Source: Spirochaetia bacterium (GTDB lineage: Bacteria; Spirochaetota; Spirochaetia; SZUA-6; Bin103). Taken from it: a stretch of 64,000 bases of DNA. Where the stretch lies: positions 1 through 64,000 of the forward strand of contig CBDBOV010000004.1 in assembly GCA_965208575.1 (NCBI GenBank), in the 5' to 3' direction. The position numbers and the translations under genes are program-made. Position 1 is the first letter of the stretch; every line of letters starts with the position of its first letter. Positions 30,784-41,322 of the stretch are shown here, piece by piece. The notes beneath the pieces are model-generated. The model worked only from the letters and a program-made list of their open reading frames with translations, was not told the DNA's origin and did no database searches.

Positions 30784-32019
30784 TCAGGAGAGGAACACGT
30801 CGAGGAACCGCTCGGTTTCGAAGTGCTCCTCGAACAGGCGTTCGATTTCCGCGATCTTGCCGGTGTCGAATACCTGCAGCTTGGTGTTCTGGTAGAGACG
30901 GAACAAGCGCTCTTCGGTAGCCGCCGAGTCCTCGCTGACGAACAGTGCCGGGAGGTTCGCGCGAATCAACTCGTCGCGCACCGGCGGCTCGACCTTCTCG
31001 GTTTCGCCGCAGGTCAGAATCAGGCCGCCGACGCCGCCGCGATGCAGAACGTCCTCGTGAAACTCGATGATCTGCCTGATGCGCGGCGTGGAACTGGCGC
31101 CGATGATCAGCACGTCGCCCGGCCCCACGTAGTGGCGAAGCTGCGACTGCAGGTGCTGCGCCGGCAGCGACACCAGCTTGATGGCCGCACAGGGCCGCCG
31201 CCAGGCGATCGTTTCGGGGTCGCCCAACGGCTGCACGTGAGGGAGGGCACCGAGAATCACCCGCATCGACGGATGCGGCAGGTCGGGTATCGTCGGCATG
31301 TAGCCGAACACGTGCATCGGTGCGCCGTTCGCGGTGGCGTAGCGCTGGTTGATCAGATCCTCGGTAATGTACCGCTTTACCTGTCCGGCCTTCTCCGGGA
31401 TCACCTTGTTGACGATCAGACCGCTGACCCGGCACCCGTGATACAGAAAATAGGTCAGGTCGACGTCGATGGTGTCGAGCGCGCGCCCTATGCCCCCGCC
31501 GGAGACGAAGATCGTCTGCGCGCCGAGCAACTTGCCGACCGCGGCGTTGGACAGCCCCACCACGCTGCCTACTCCCGGGTGCCCGGACCCTTCGGCGATG
31601 ATGATGCGCCGGTCGGCGAGTTGATCCACCGAGCGCTTGATTTCCAACGACAGCGCGCGTGTCAACCGCGTGCGGTACTTCGAATCGAGGTAGGAGCGGG
31701 TGAAATTGGTGGAGAACCGTACCGGCGAAAGCTTCTCGAGCGGCAGGTCGGCGAGGCCGGCGAATTCGCCGATCAACTCCACGTCCTTGTCGACCGTAAC
31801 CCCGCCGGCCGCTCGCACGAGTTGCTGGCCGACCGGTTTCAGGTAGCCGATCTGGCGCGCGTCGAGGTGCTTTCTGAGCTGGGAGATGATGCCGAGACTG
31901 GTAACCGTCTTGCCGGCGTGCTGGCGAAACCCGGCGAGGTACACCACCACGGGCCGGTGCCGTCCGCGGTCATGGTTCCCGGCGCCGGCGCCGCCGCCGC
32001 TGCCGGCGCTGCCGGTCAC
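30784..32019 (-). CDS. BioD-like P-loop ATPase with DRTGG-like domain (phosphotransacetylase N-terminal family)
   Basis: HAGKT, GYLKPVGQ, AEGSGHPGVGSVVGLSNA, GGGIGRALD, LIVNKV. Confidence 0.8.
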   Translation of the reverse strand: MTGSAGSGGGAGAGNHDRGRHRPVVVYLAGFRQHAGKTVTSLGIISQLRKHLDARQIGYLKPVGQQLVRAAGGVTVDKDVELIGEFAGLADLPLEKLSPVRFSTNFTRSYLDSKYRTRLTRALSLEIKRSVDQLADRRIIIAEGSGHPGVGSVVGLSNAAVGKLLGAQTIFVSGGGIGRALDTIDVDLTYFLYHGCRVSGLIVNKVIPEKAGQVKRYITEDLINQRYATANGAPMHVFGYMPTIPDLPHPSMRVILGALPHVQPLGDPETIAWRRPCAAIKLVSLPAQHLQSQLRHYVGPGDVLIIGASSTPRIRQIIEFHEDVLHRGGVGGLILTCGETEKVEPPVRDELIRANLPALFVSEDSAATEERLFRLYQNTKLQVFDTGKIAEIERLFEEHFETERFLDVFLS

Positions 32020-33926
32020 TCGAACAGGCGGGCTATCCGCGCGGCGTATCGCTCGGCAATCACGTGGCGGCGCATCTTCTGGGTATGGGTAAGCTCGTCG
32101 CCCACCTCGAACGGGCGGTCGATCAACGCGATGCGGGCGATTCTTTCGAAGCTCTTGAAGCCGTTCTTGGCGCTTACGCGGCTCTGCACCTCGCCCCGGA
32201 TCAGCCGCTCGATCGGCTCCGCGGTGACCAGGGTTGCCAAGTCGTCGCCTGCCACGCCGTGGGCGGCGGCGTACGTCTTCACCGCGGCCAGCTCCGGAAC
32301 CACGAGCGCACCGAGCAGGCGCTGGTCCTGGCCGACCACCATGATGTGTTCGACATACTCCGACTGGCGCACCAGATCCTCTATCGGCTCCGGCTCGATG
32401 TTCTCGCCGCCGAGCAGCACGATGGTGTCCTTGGCCCTGCCGGTGATGCTTATCTCACCGTTCACGGTCTGGGTGCCGAGATCGCCGGTATTCAGCCAGC
32501 CGTCGCCCGACAGCACCGCGGCGGTGTCGCCGACGCGCTTGTAGTAGCCCTTCATTATCTGCGGACCGCGCACGTGGATCACGCCCTGCTGTCCGGGGAG
32601 CGCCGCGCCGCCGTCCTCCTTGACGATCTTCACCTCGGTGCCGGAGATCGGCGGACCGACGGTGCCGCTCACCGGGTGGCGGTAGGGGCGTACCGACACC
32701 AGCGGCGCCGCCTCGGTGAGCCCATAGCCCTCCAGCACCACGATTCCGGCGGCGGCGAAGAAGTCGTCAACGTATCCCGGCAGCGCTCCGGCGCCGGAAA
32801 TGCCGGCCTTGAAGCGGGTACCGAGGCGTGCGGTGATCTTCTTGAACACCAGCACCTTGCCCAGAAGCGCCAGCGGCGTGAGCAGGACCAGCGGCACCGC
32901 CGCCGCCAGCACGTCCAGCATGCGCGGCCTCACCTGGTAGCGCGGCACCCGGCCGCGCAGCAGCCGCGACATGGCGCTGTGCGCGGCGCCCACCGCGACG
33001 AAGAACTTGAACAGCGCCGCCTTGATTCCGCCCTCCGCCTCCACGGTTCGGTAGACGCCCGCGCGAACGCCCTCCCACACGCGCGGCACACTCGGGAAAT
33101 AGGTCGGATTGGCGGCGATCAGGTCCGCCAGCATCACTTCGCGGATCGGCTTCGAGAACGCTATGCCGGCGCCGGCGAACAGCGCCGCGTACTCGCACAC
33201 GCGCTCGTAGGAGTGCCACACCGGCAGCACCGACAGCAGCATGTCGCCGGGACCGAGCGGCACGGCGTCCGGGATCACGTCGACCTGGTACACGAAATTG
33301 GCGTGGGTGAGCATCACGCCCTTCGGTTCGCCGGTCGTGCCGGAGGTGTAGATGATGGTGGCGAGGTCCTCGGGCCGGCCCTTGGCCAGCTCCGCGCGCA
33401 GCAGCGCCTCCGCCTGCCCATGCTCGGCGCCGGCGCGCACCAGGTCGTCCAGCGTGATCACCTCGAGGCCGCGGCTCCGGGCCTGGGCCAGCGCCGCGCT
33501 GCCGATGTCGGTGCTGTCGAGCACGATGGCGCGCGCCAGCTTCGGCAGCCGCTCCTTGATGCCGCCCACCTTGGCCAACTGCGCGGCATTCTCGACCGCG
33601 GCCACCGCGCAGTCGGCGTGCTCCAGGATGTAGGCGATCTCGTCAGCGGTCGAGTCGCTGCCGCGCGGCACGTCCACCGCGCCGAGCGCCAGGACCGCGA
33701 GGTCGATCAGCAGCCACTCCTTGCGGGTGTCGCAGATCAACCCGACGTGGTCGCCGCGAGCCACGCCGTTGGCCGCCAGTCCGGCGGCGACATTGGCGAC
33801 CTCGGACCAGAGCTGAGCGAAGGTGGTGGGCTGAAAGTCGCCGCCGCCGTTCCTGGTCAGCAGCGCGGTGCCGGCGCTGTGCTCCTCGCACACCTGCTGC
33901 CAACGCTGCGAAAGGGTACCCGACAT
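32016..33926 (-). CDS. long-chain fatty acyl-CoA ligase
   Basis: YTSGTTGEPKG, EGYGLTE, WLNTGDLG, GRAKD..GGENIEP; GAGGAG RBS. Confidence 0.92.
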   Translation of the reverse strand: MSGTLSQRWQQVCEEHSAGTALLTRNGGGDFQPTTFAQLWSEVANVAAGLAANGVARGDHVGLICDTRKEWLLIDLAVLALGAVDVPRGSDSTADEIAYILEHADCAVAAVENAAQLAKVGGIKERLPKLARAIVLDSTDIGSAALAQARSRGLEVITLDDLVRAGAEHGQAEALLRAELAKGRPEDLATIIYTSGTTGEPKGVMLTHANFVYQVDVIPDAVPLGPGDMLLSVLPVWHSYERVCEYAALFAGAGIAFSKPIREVMLADLIAANPTYFPSVPRVWEGVRAGVYRTVEAEGGIKAALFKFFVAVGAAHSAMSRLLRGRVPRYQVRPRMLDVLAAAVPLVLLTPLALLGKVLVFKKITARLGTRFKAGISGAGALPGYVDDFFAAAGIVVLEGYGLTEAAPLVSVRPYRHPVSGTVGPPISGTEVKIVKEDGGAALPGQQGVIHVRGPQIMKGYYKRVGDTAAVLSGDGWLNTGDLGTQTVNGEISITGRAKDTIVLLGGENIEPEPIEDLVRQSEYVEHIMVVGQDQRLLGALVVPELAAVKTYAAAHGVAGDDLATLVTAEPIERLIRGEVQSRVSAKNGFKSFERIARIALIDRPFEVGDELTHTQKMRRHVIAERYAARIARLFE

Positions 33927-33928
33927 GG

Positions 33929-34360
33929 TTAAGCTCCTCGTAGACACAGCCACTCTGCTTCGGCTGCCAGTTCCTCTCCGACGTATACCTTGCCGCTCTG
34001 CCGGATGGCTACGGCGGTGCGGCGCTTGGTGACTACCACGATGCGAACCTCTTCGCCCGGTCGCACCGGACGGCGAAACTTCGCCTTCTCGACGCTGGCC
34101 AGAAACGCGCGCTCCGGCTCGCCGCCGTCGTCCGGCGCCGGCTCGCGCGCGGCAGCCAGACCGGCGCCGCCGCATTGCGCCATGCACTCAACCAGCAACA
34201 CGCCGGGCACCACCGGAAAACCGGGGAAGTGGCCGGCGAAGAACGGTTCGCTTGGGTCGAATCGCTTGTGTCCGACGATCTCGTCGTCGCCGGCAACGGA
34301 CAGCCGGTCAACGAACAGGAACGGGGGACGATGCGGAATCAGGTCGGTAATCGGCCTCAT
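33929..34360 (-). CDS. fabZ: 3-hydroxyacyl-ACP dehydratase
   Basis: [38 protein letters not shown]. Confidence 0.9.
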   Translation of the reverse strand: MRPITDLIPHRPPFLFVDRLSVAGDDEIVGHKRFDPSEPFFAGHFPGFPVVPGVLLVECMAQCGGAGLAAAREPAPDDGGEPERAFLASVEKAKFRRPVRPGEEVRIVVVTKRRTAVAIRQSGKVYVGEELAAEAEWLCLRGA

Positions 34361-34367
34361 GGCGCTT

Positions 34368-35600
34368 TCAGATAATGCCCAGGGCGCGGCCCTGCCTGGC
34401 GCACACCTCCAGGGCACGGTCCAGTTCGTCGTCGCTGTGGATGGCCATGTAGGAGGTGCGAATGAGCGCCCGCCCCGGCGGGACGGCCGGGGCCACGACC
34501 GGGTTTGCATACACGCCATGCTCGATCAGCGCCCGGTAGAACCGGAACATCAGCAGGTCGTCTCCGATGATGAGCGGAATGATCGGGGTTTGCGCATCGC
34601 CGACATCGAATCCGAGCCGTTTGAACTCGGCGATCATGCGCGTGCCGATCGCCTGCAGGCGCTGCACGTGATGCGGCTCCTCCTTCATGATGCGCAGCGC
34701 GGTGGAGACCGCGGCGATCGTTGCCGGAGGCATGCTCGCGCTGAAGATGAATGAGCGGGCGTGGTGCTTGATATGGTCGACCACGTCCGCGTCGGCGGCG
34801 ATGAAGCCGCCGACGGCGCCGAACGACTTGGAGAACGTGCACATCACCACGTCCGCGGTGTCGTAGCAGTCGAAGTGTTCCTGAGAGCCGCGGCCGGTGG
34901 CGCCGATCACGCCGAGCGCGTGCGCCTCGTCGAGGTAGACGCGGGCGCCGTAGCGGCGGGCGAGCGCGCCGATCTCCGGCAGTGGAGCGATGTCGCCCTC
35001 CATCGAAAACACGCCGTCGGTAACGATCAGCTTGCCGCCGTCGTCGTCCACCGTGTTCAGGAGCCGTTCCAGCTCGGCGAGGTCGTTGTGCTGATAGCGG
35101 TGGATGCGGGTGCCGCCGGTGGTGCCGGCGGCAAGCAGAATGCCGTCCACCAGGGAGCCGTGGTTGAGCCGGTCGGAGAATACGTGGTCGTGGCGGCCCG
35201 AGAGCGCCTGAATTGCACCGAGGTTGGTCTGATAGCCGGTGGTGAAGGAGAGCGCCGCCGGTTTGCCGGCGAACTCTGCCAGCGCGGTCTCCAGCTCCTC
35301 GTGAAGACGCAACGTACCGTTCAGGAAACGCGATCCGGAGCAACTCGTGCCGTAGCGCCGGGTGGTTTCGATCGCCGCCTCGATGACGCGCGGATCCCAT
35401 GACAGGCCGAGGTAGTTGTTGGAGCCGATCATGATCAGCTCGCGGCCGTCGATTATGACGCGCGAGCCGTGATTCTCCTCGACGGCGGTGTAGTAGGGAT
35501 AGAACCCGATAGCCTCGATCTTGGCCGCTCTCTGTGCGGCCATGCTGTGCACCTTCTGGAACAGGTCGACGGAATTGCTGGTGGTAGTTGGTTGCTCCAT
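34368..35600 (-). CDS. alpha-oxoamine synthase, serine palmitoyltransferase-like
   Basis: [46 protein letters not shown] lysine, FSASMPP. Confidence 0.85.
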   Translation of the reverse strand: MEQPTTTSNSVDLFQKVHSMAAQRAAKIEAIGFYPYYTAVEENHGSRVIIDGRELIMIGSNNYLGLSWDPRVIEAAIETTRRYGTSCSGSRFLNGTLRLHEELETALAEFAGKPAALSFTTGYQTNLGAIQALSGRHDHVFSDRLNHGSLVDGILLAAGTTGGTRIHRYQHNDLAELERLLNTVDDDGGKLIVTDGVFSMEGDIAPLPEIGALARRYGARVYLDEAHALGVIGATGRGSQEHFDCYDTADVVMCTFSKSFGAVGGFIAADADVVDHIKHHARSFIFSASMPPATIAAVSTALRIMKEEPHHVQRLQAIGTRMIAEFKRLGFDVGDAQTPIIPLIIGDDLLMFRFYRALIEHGVYANPVVAPAVPPGRALIRTSYMAIHSDDELDRALEVCARQGRALGII

Positions 35601-35724
35601 TCTATCTTGTCATCGTGTTGGTTATCGGCGTGACTGTCGACTCAATGGGTACACCCAATGGCGCACCGTGTAAAGATCAACCTCCGCGCTCCCGCACTCC
35701 GGCACTCCCGCACTCCGCGCAGGC

Positions 35725-36384
35725 TCAGGGAGATGACGGGGTGCGGTTGGTCAGGGCGCGCAACAGCGCGGCGAATTCCGGCGCCGCCCATTCGCGGACG
35801 CCGATGATGCGCGCCAGGATGGAGCCGTCCTTGTCGATGATGTAGCTCATCGGGAGGGTGCGGGCGCCGTATGCCGCCGATGTCTCGCCGCTGCTGTCGA
35901 GCAGGATCTGAAACGAGAGCTCCAGCTCGGCGGCGAATCGGCGCACCTGCGCCGCATCCTCCTGGAGATTGATCGCCAACATGGTGAACTCCGCGGTGTC
36001 GCCGAGCTCGTCGTGCAGTTCCTGCAGGTCGGGCATCTCGATGCGGCACGGCGCGCACCACGTGGCCCAGAAATTCAGGAACACCACCGAGCCGCGGTAG
36101 CGCTGCAGCGAGTGGACCTCTCCGGCCAGGTCGGCCAGGTCGAATTCCACCGCCTGCACCGAGCGGCTCGGCAGTTGGAAGCCGAGGTCCTGCATCCGGT
36201 CGGTCAGCGCACGGTCTGGGGTCGCGGCGCCGCCGGAAACCGGCGCCTCGGCTCCCGGCGCCGGTTGCGCCTGCGAAATGGAAGCCGGTGCCGGATCCTG
36301 CCTCTCGCGACGTCCAAACGCATGCCCGGAGGTCGCCGCCAGGCCGGCCGCGAGCACCAGCAGGAGCAGCCGTGGCGTGCGCAT
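35725..36384 (-). CDS. TlpA/ResA thiol-disulfide oxidoreductase
   Basis: signal peptide, LNFWATWCAPC. Confidence 0.9.
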   Translation of the reverse strand: MRTPRLLLLVLAAGLAATSGHAFGRRERQDPAPASISQAQPAPGAEAPVSGGAATPDRALTDRMQDLGFQLPSRSVQAVEFDLADLAGEVHSLQRYRGSVVFLNFWATWCAPCRIEMPDLQELHDELGDTAEFTMLAINLQEDAAQVRRFAAELELSFQILLDSSGETSAAYGARTLPMSYIIDKDGSILARIIGVREWAAPEFAALLRALTNRTPSSP

Positions 36385-36451
36385 CGCGGCGCGCCGGAAC
36401 GGCCGCTCCGGCGCGCGGTCACTTCCCATTGCGACCGATGGTACCGGACGG

Positions 36452-37147
36452 CTACCCACCGAACAAGGTGCCTGCCAGCACCGTGCCGTTGAACATGGCG
36501 TGTGCAAACACCACGCGATGCAGGGACGGGCGCTGCTGGAACAACAGGGCGAGAGCGGCGCCCATCAGGACGGCGAACACGGCCGCGCCCCATCCCTGGT
36601 AGAGATGGCCGGCGCCGAACAGCAGGGCGGAGCCGAGCGTGGCCAGCCACGCCGGCGCTCCCGCGCCCCGGAGCAGGGTCAGGCAGTAGGCGCGGAAGTA
36701 GGACTCCTCGCGGTAGGCTCCCGCCACCACGAATGCCGCCGCGAGCGGGATTTGGCCGACGCGTTCCAACTGCCATCGGTGGCCTCGCCGCAACACCCCG
36801 CTTACCGGTTCCGGGAACACGTTCACGAGCGCGCTCACGGCCGCCAGGGCCGCAACCATCGCGGCCGCGATCAGCAGCGCCTCGCCGGCGTCGCGGCCGC
36901 GTACCCGCCAGTCGACGGTCGCGCGCGCGGTGTCGAAGCGGAGGATCGGCAGCATCACGCCTGCCTGGAGCGCCGCGAGCAGGGCGCCCGCGGCCAGGGT
37001 GCGCGGCAGCGGCACCAGCAGCGCCGGAAGTGAAAGCAGCACGTACACCACGCCCAGGCGTGCCAGGGCGGCGGCTGCACTGCGTCCGGACGGCGTCCCG
37101 GTGGCCGGCTCCCCCGTTCCGGCGAGTGTCCGCGGCGTGGCGCGCAT
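36452..37147 (-). CDS. CPBP (CAAX/Abi) intramembrane metalloprotease
   Basis: EESYFR, FGAGHLYQG, HAMFN motifs. Confidence 0.85.
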   Translation of the reverse strand: MRATPRTLAGTGEPATGTPSGRSAAAALARLGVVYVLLSLPALLVPLPRTLAAGALLAALQAGVMLPILRFDTARATVDWRVRGRDAGEALLIAAAMVAALAAVSALVNVFPEPVSGVLRRGHRWQLERVGQIPLAAAFVVAGAYREESYFRAYCLTLLRGAGAPAWLATLGSALLFGAGHLYQGWGAAVFAVLMGAALALLFQQRPSLHRVVFAHAMFNGTVLAGTLFGG

Positions 37148-37239
37148 CGGCACCATCATACTCGACACATTCGAGCTTCGGCGGGTTGTGGGAGCGGTGC
37201 GATTGAAGCGCGAGTGGACGGCATGCCGTTGGTTGGTGT

Positions 37240-38661
37240 GTGGCAGAACGAACAAGGCATCACCCAATCCGGATCACGCCCGCGGTAGCGGCCGCGGGTG
37301 CCGCGGTGGGCTACCTCCTGGCGGCGGACCACCTGCCGGGCTCCTCCCCCAACGCCGTGCTGGCACTGCTCCTCGCCGGGCCGGCCTGCTGCCTGGTCGC
37401 GGCGGCTCAGGCGTGCGGCGGTGCGTACCGGCGCCTGCTGCTGGCCGCGGCGGCCGGTTGCGCGCTGGCCGGCGGAGCCGAGCTCGGCGAGCGCATCGCC
37501 GGCGCCGGCGCCGGCGCCGGCCTGCCGCTGGAGCAGGTGGACGAGTTGCACGGCGTCCTGCTTCAGGATGCATCGTTGCGCGATGCCGGCGTCCACTACC
37601 GCATCGCCGTGGATCAGGTCGGTTCCGCGCGCCTGGATGCGCACGCATCCGCGCGCTTCGTTGCGCACGTTGCGTTGCCGGCGGAGGTTGCCGGACGCGC
37701 GTACCGCGGCCGGCGGGTGGCTGTGGACGGTGTGGTGCTGTTCACCGCCGGTGCCGGGGCGGCGGTGCGCGGACGCGCGGACGAGGTGCGCCGCAGCAGC
37801 TTCGCGTCGTCGCTCGCCGCCGCCCGCGCCACCATGCGCAGCCGCCTGGAGCAGCTCGTCCTGGATCTGCGCGGGCCCTCTTCCGCGCTGCTCGCGGCGG
37901 TGTTGCTCGGCGACCGGCACCACCTCACGGCGGAGCAGATGGCGGGATTCCGGCGTGCCGGAGCGCTCCATCTGCTGGCCCTGTCCGGGCTCCACGTCGG
38001 ACTGGTATACCTGTTGGCGGTATGCGCCGGACGCGCGCTGGCGATGGCCGGGATGGCGCTGGTGCCGCGCTGGCAGCGGGGCTGGGTAGCGGGCGCCGGG
38101 TTGCTCGGCGTCGGGGCGGTATTCCTGTACGTGGAGCTTGCCGGTGCGCGCCCCTCCCTGGCGCGAGCCACCACCATGCTCGCGCTGGCGCGTCTGGCCG
38201 CGGCCTCCGGCCGCCACCCGGGTGCCGTGAACGTGCTCGCCCTGTCCGCGCTGGTGATCGTCGCGACCGACCCGCGCTCGGTGCACGAGTTGTCGTTTCA
38301 GCTCTCCTATGCCGCGCTGCTGGGTATTCTGCTGGCCGGACCGCCGCTGGCGCGCCGCCTGCCGGGCCTGCTGCCGCCGGGGGCGCGCGCCGCGGCCGGC
38401 ATGGCGGCAGGCGCGCAACTGGCCACCCTGCCGCTGGTGCTCGCGACGTTCGGCCGGGCGCATCCGATCGGGTTGCTGTCCGGACTGGTGCTGGTACCGT
38501 GCACGGCGCTGTTCCTGTGGGCAGGCATCGGCGCCGTGGCGTTGTCGGCGCTCAGCGGCGGCGCGCTCGATCCGCTTACCCGCGTCCCGCTGCACCTGTT
38601 GTATAGTGCACTTGCCATGCTCAACAGTCTGTTCGGGCACGCGCCCGGAGTGCGCTGGTGA
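37240..38661 (+). CDS. comEC: ComEC/Rec2 competence membrane protein
   Basis: FRRAGALHLLALSGLH, SFQLSY; no metallo-beta-lactamase tail. Confidence 0.85.
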   Translation: MAERTRHHPIRITPAVAAAGAAVGYLLAADHLPGSSPNAVLALLLAGPACCLVAAAQACGGAYRRLLLAAAAGCALAGGAELGERIAGAGAGAGLPLEQVDELHGVLLQDASLRDAGVHYRIAVDQVGSARLDAHASARFVAHVALPAEVAGRAYRGRRVAVDGVVLFTAGAGAAVRGRADEVRRSSFASSLAAARATMRSRLEQLVLDLRGPSSALLAAVLLGDRHHLTAEQMAGFRRAGALHLLALSGLHVGLVYLLAVCAGRALAMAGMALVPRWQRGWVAGAGLLGVGAVFLYVELAGARPSLARATTMLALARLAAASGRHPGAVNVLALSALVIVATDPRSVHELSFQLSYAALLGILLAGPPLARRLPGLLPPGARAAAGMAAGAQLATLPLVLATFGRAHPIGLLSGLVLVPCTALFLWAGIGAVALSALSGGALDPLTRVPLHLLYSALAMLNSLFGHAPGVRW

Positions 38662-39572
38662 ACCACAATTCACCGGCCGAGATTCGTGCCGAGTTGGACC
38701 GTCTCACGGTGGAGCCCAAGAAGCGGTGGGGGCAGAACTTCATGGTCAACCCGCGCACTCGGCGGAAGCTGATCGACACCCTGGAGATCGGGAAGGGCGA
38801 GACGGTGTGGGAGATCGGCCCCGGCCTCGGCGCGCTCACCGAGGAACTGGTGCCGCGATGTGCCCGGCTGGTATTGTTCGAAATCGATCACGGCCTGATC
38901 CGCCACCTGAACGACGAATTGCGCGATCACGCCCACGTCCGCATCGTGGCGGGCGACGTTCTGCGCACCTGGCGGCAGGCCAGGGTCGAGCACGGCGTAC
39001 CGGATCGGATCGTCGGCAACCTGCCGTACCGCAGTGCGTCGGCCATCGTCGCCGCGCTGCTGGAACACGACGCGCGCCCGGTGCATGCCGTGTTTACCGT
39101 CCAGAAGGAGCTGGCGGACCGCATCGTGGCGCCGGCCGGATCGCGCAACTACTCGTCGTTCTCGGTGCTCTGCCAGTGCCTGAGCGAGGTGCGTGCGTAC
39201 GGTGAACTGGCGCCCGGCACGTTCTACCCCGTCCCCGAGGTCACTTCCACGGTGATCGGCCTGCGCCCGGGCGGCGCGGCACGCCGCGTGCGCAATCGTG
39301 ACGTGCTGTTCGCGCTGATCCGCGCCGCCTTCCAGGCGCGCCGCAAGACGCTGCGCAACAACCTGCTCGCCGGGGGCGGCTTCGGGCTCAGCAAGGCGGA
39401 TCTCCTGGACGCGGTCGAAGACGCCGGCGTGAATCCTGGCAGCCGCGCCGAGGAACTGGCTCCGGCTACCGTTGTGCGGCTCGCCGACGCGCTGGCCCGC
39501 AAGGGCGCCGCGGTGCCGGCGCAGCCGCCGTTCTGCCCCCCGGACGACGACGAGGAGACGGCGGGCGGATAG
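38658..39572 (+). CDS. rsmA: 16S rRNA adenine dimethyltransferase
   Basis: KKRWGQNF, EIGPGLGALT, GNLPY, F.ARRKTLRNNL. Confidence 0.95.
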   Translation: MNHNSPAEIRAELDRLTVEPKKRWGQNFMVNPRTRRKLIDTLEIGKGETVWEIGPGLGALTEELVPRCARLVLFEIDHGLIRHLNDELRDHAHVRIVAGDVLRTWRQARVEHGVPDRIVGNLPYRSASAIVAALLEHDARPVHAVFTVQKELADRIVAPAGSRNYSSFSVLCQCLSEVRAYGELAPGTFYPVPEVTSTVIGLRPGGAARRVRNRDVLFALIRAAFQARRKTLRNNLLAGGGFGLSKADLLDAVEDAGVNPGSRAEELAPATVVRLADALARKGAAVPAQPPFCPPDDDEETAGG

Positions 39573-39575
39573 CTG

Positions 39576-40454
39576 TCAGATGACGCCGTGTTCCTTGAGC
39601 ACGCCGTGCAGCTTCTGCTTGCCGGGCTCGGTGAGCGGGGTCATCGGCAGACGGTAGCTCTCCTCCAGCAACCCGGCCGCGTGCATTGCCCCCTTGACCG
39701 GTATCGGGTTGGTGTCCAGGCCCATCAGGGCGTTGATCACCGGCAGAATCTCGTAGTGCACCGCGCGCGCCCCGGCGGTGTCGCCGTCGAGCATGCGCTG
39801 CACCAGGTCCACCATCTTCCCCGGCAGCAGGTTGCTGGTCACCGAGATGATCCCGTTGCCGCCGAGCGCCATCAGGGGCAGCGTGATCGCGTCGTCGCCG
39901 CTGAGCACCGTGAAGCCGGGCGGCCGGCGCAGAATCAGGTCCATCATCTGGTCAATGTCGCCACTGGCCTCCTTGACGCCGACGATGTTGGGGTGCTCGG
40001 CGAGCGCGAGCATGGTTTCGTTGTCGATGTTCTTGCCGACCCGGCCCGGGATGTTGTACACGATCAGCGGCAGGTCCACCGAGTCGGCGAGCAACTGGAA
40101 GTGGCGCAGAAAGCCGGTGGCGGACGGCTTGTTGTAGTAGCCGGCGACGTGCAGGCTGGCCTCGGCGCCCACCTCCTTGGCGAACTTGGTGTGCTCGAGC
40201 GCCTCGACGGTATTGTTCGATCCGCAGCCGGCGATCACCGGTACGCGGCCCGCGCACTGCTCCACCACCACGCGGATCACCTCGTGGTGTTCCTCGTCGG
40301 TCAGCGTCGGGCTCTCGCCGGTCGTGCCGACCGGGACCAGCCCGGTGATGCCGGCGTCGATCTGGCGGTCGACCAGCTTCCTGAGGGTGTCGCGGTCCAA
40401 CTCGCCGGAAGCGGTGAACGGCGTCACCAGCGCGGTAAAGGTTCCTTCAAACAT
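39576..40454 (-). CDS. dapA: 4-hydroxy-tetrahydrodipicolinate synthase
   Basis: GTTGESPTL, YYNKP, YNIPGR, GVKEASG, TNPIPVK. Confidence 0.95.
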   Translation of the reverse strand: MFEGTFTALVTPFTASGELDRDTLRKLVDRQIDAGITGLVPVGTTGESPTLTDEEHHEVIRVVVEQCAGRVPVIAGCGSNNTVEALEHTKFAKEVGAEASLHVAGYYNKPSATGFLRHFQLLADSVDLPLIVYNIPGRVGKNIDNETMLALAEHPNIVGVKEASGDIDQMMDLILRRPPGFTVLSGDDAITLPLMALGGNGIISVTSNLLPGKMVDLVQRMLDGDTAGARAVHYEILPVINALMGLDTNPIPVKGAMHAAGLLEESYRLPMTPLTEPGKQKLHGVLKEHGVI

Positions 40455-40497
40455 CGGTCTGGTGATCTCCTTGCCTCGACCGGGTCAGCGCCCCGGA

Positions 40498-41253
40498 TCA
40501 GGCCAACATATCATCGATCAGGTCGTCGATTCCATACATGCCGCGCCGCCCGCCGGCCGCGGTGAGCCACTCGGCGGCGCGCAGCGCGCCGGCCGCCAGG
40601 TTTGCGCGTCCGCGCGCCCGGTGGGTCAGTTCGATGGTGTCGTCGGCCGAATCCCACACCAGGGTATGGGTGCCCGGCTCCTCCCCGCCGCGCACCGATG
40701 CCACGTGCAGCTCGTCGCCGTCGATCGGTCGGTCGAGCCGCTCGGTTGCGACACGCTGCTTGCGCGAGCTGGCCCCGAGCACCGCCTCGGCGATGGTCAG
40801 GGCGGTGCCGGAAGGGGAGTCCGCCTTGCGGCGGTGGTGGCGTTCGAAGATCGCGATGTCGTAGTCCTCGAACGGGTCCAGCAGTGCCGTTGCGCGCGCT
40901 GCCAGGCGCAGGAACAGTTGCACGCCGAGCGAGAAGTTGCTCGCGTGCAGGTAGCCGCTGCCGCCGGCCTCCACGATGGCGCGCACCTCGGCCAGGCGGT
41001 CGCCCCAGCCGGTGGTGCCGACGGCCGCGGCCAGGCCGTGCTGCGCGTAGCGGCGCGCGTTCTCCACCACCGCTTCCGCCGCGCCGAACTCGATCGCCAC
41101 GTCCGCCGCGGCGGCAAGGTCTTCGTTCAGCGTGGCGGCATCGGCATCCGCCACGTGCGGGTCGATGCGGGCGACGATGTCATGGCCGGCGGCGCCGGCG
41201 AGCCGTTCGGTCTCACGGCCCATGCGTCCGTAACCGACAATCGCGATCCTCAT
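40498..41253 (-). CDS. dapB: 4-hydroxy-tetrahydrodipicolinate reductase
   Basis: GYGRMG, GTTG, NFSLGV, ERHHRRKADSPSGTA. Confidence 0.94.
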   Translation of the reverse strand: MRIAIVGYGRMGRETERLAGAAGHDIVARIDPHVADADAATLNEDLAAAADVAIEFGAAEAVVENARRYAQHGLAAAVGTTGWGDRLAEVRAIVEAGGSGYLHASNFSLGVQLFLRLAARATALLDPFEDYDIAIFERHHRRKADSPSGTALTIAEAVLGASSRKQRVATERLDRPIDGDELHVASVRGGEEPGTHTLVWDSADDTIELTHRARGRANLAAGALRAAEWLTAAGGRRGMYGIDDLIDDMLA

Positions 41254-41322
41254 GGCGCGCCCATCATAGCGCGCCGTGCCGGATGTTGCGACCGGCGCGC
41301 GCCTTTTCGTATGATCGGGCGT

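Noticed and set aside
30784-35600. Standard biotin operon (bioF/bioD)
   Set aside because: No bioA or bioB; aminotransferase motifs are SPT-like; the BioD-like protein is 411 aa with an extra domain.
35682-35720. CTCC(C/G)GCA short repeats
   Set aside because: Short, degenerate, low-complexity; no support for function.
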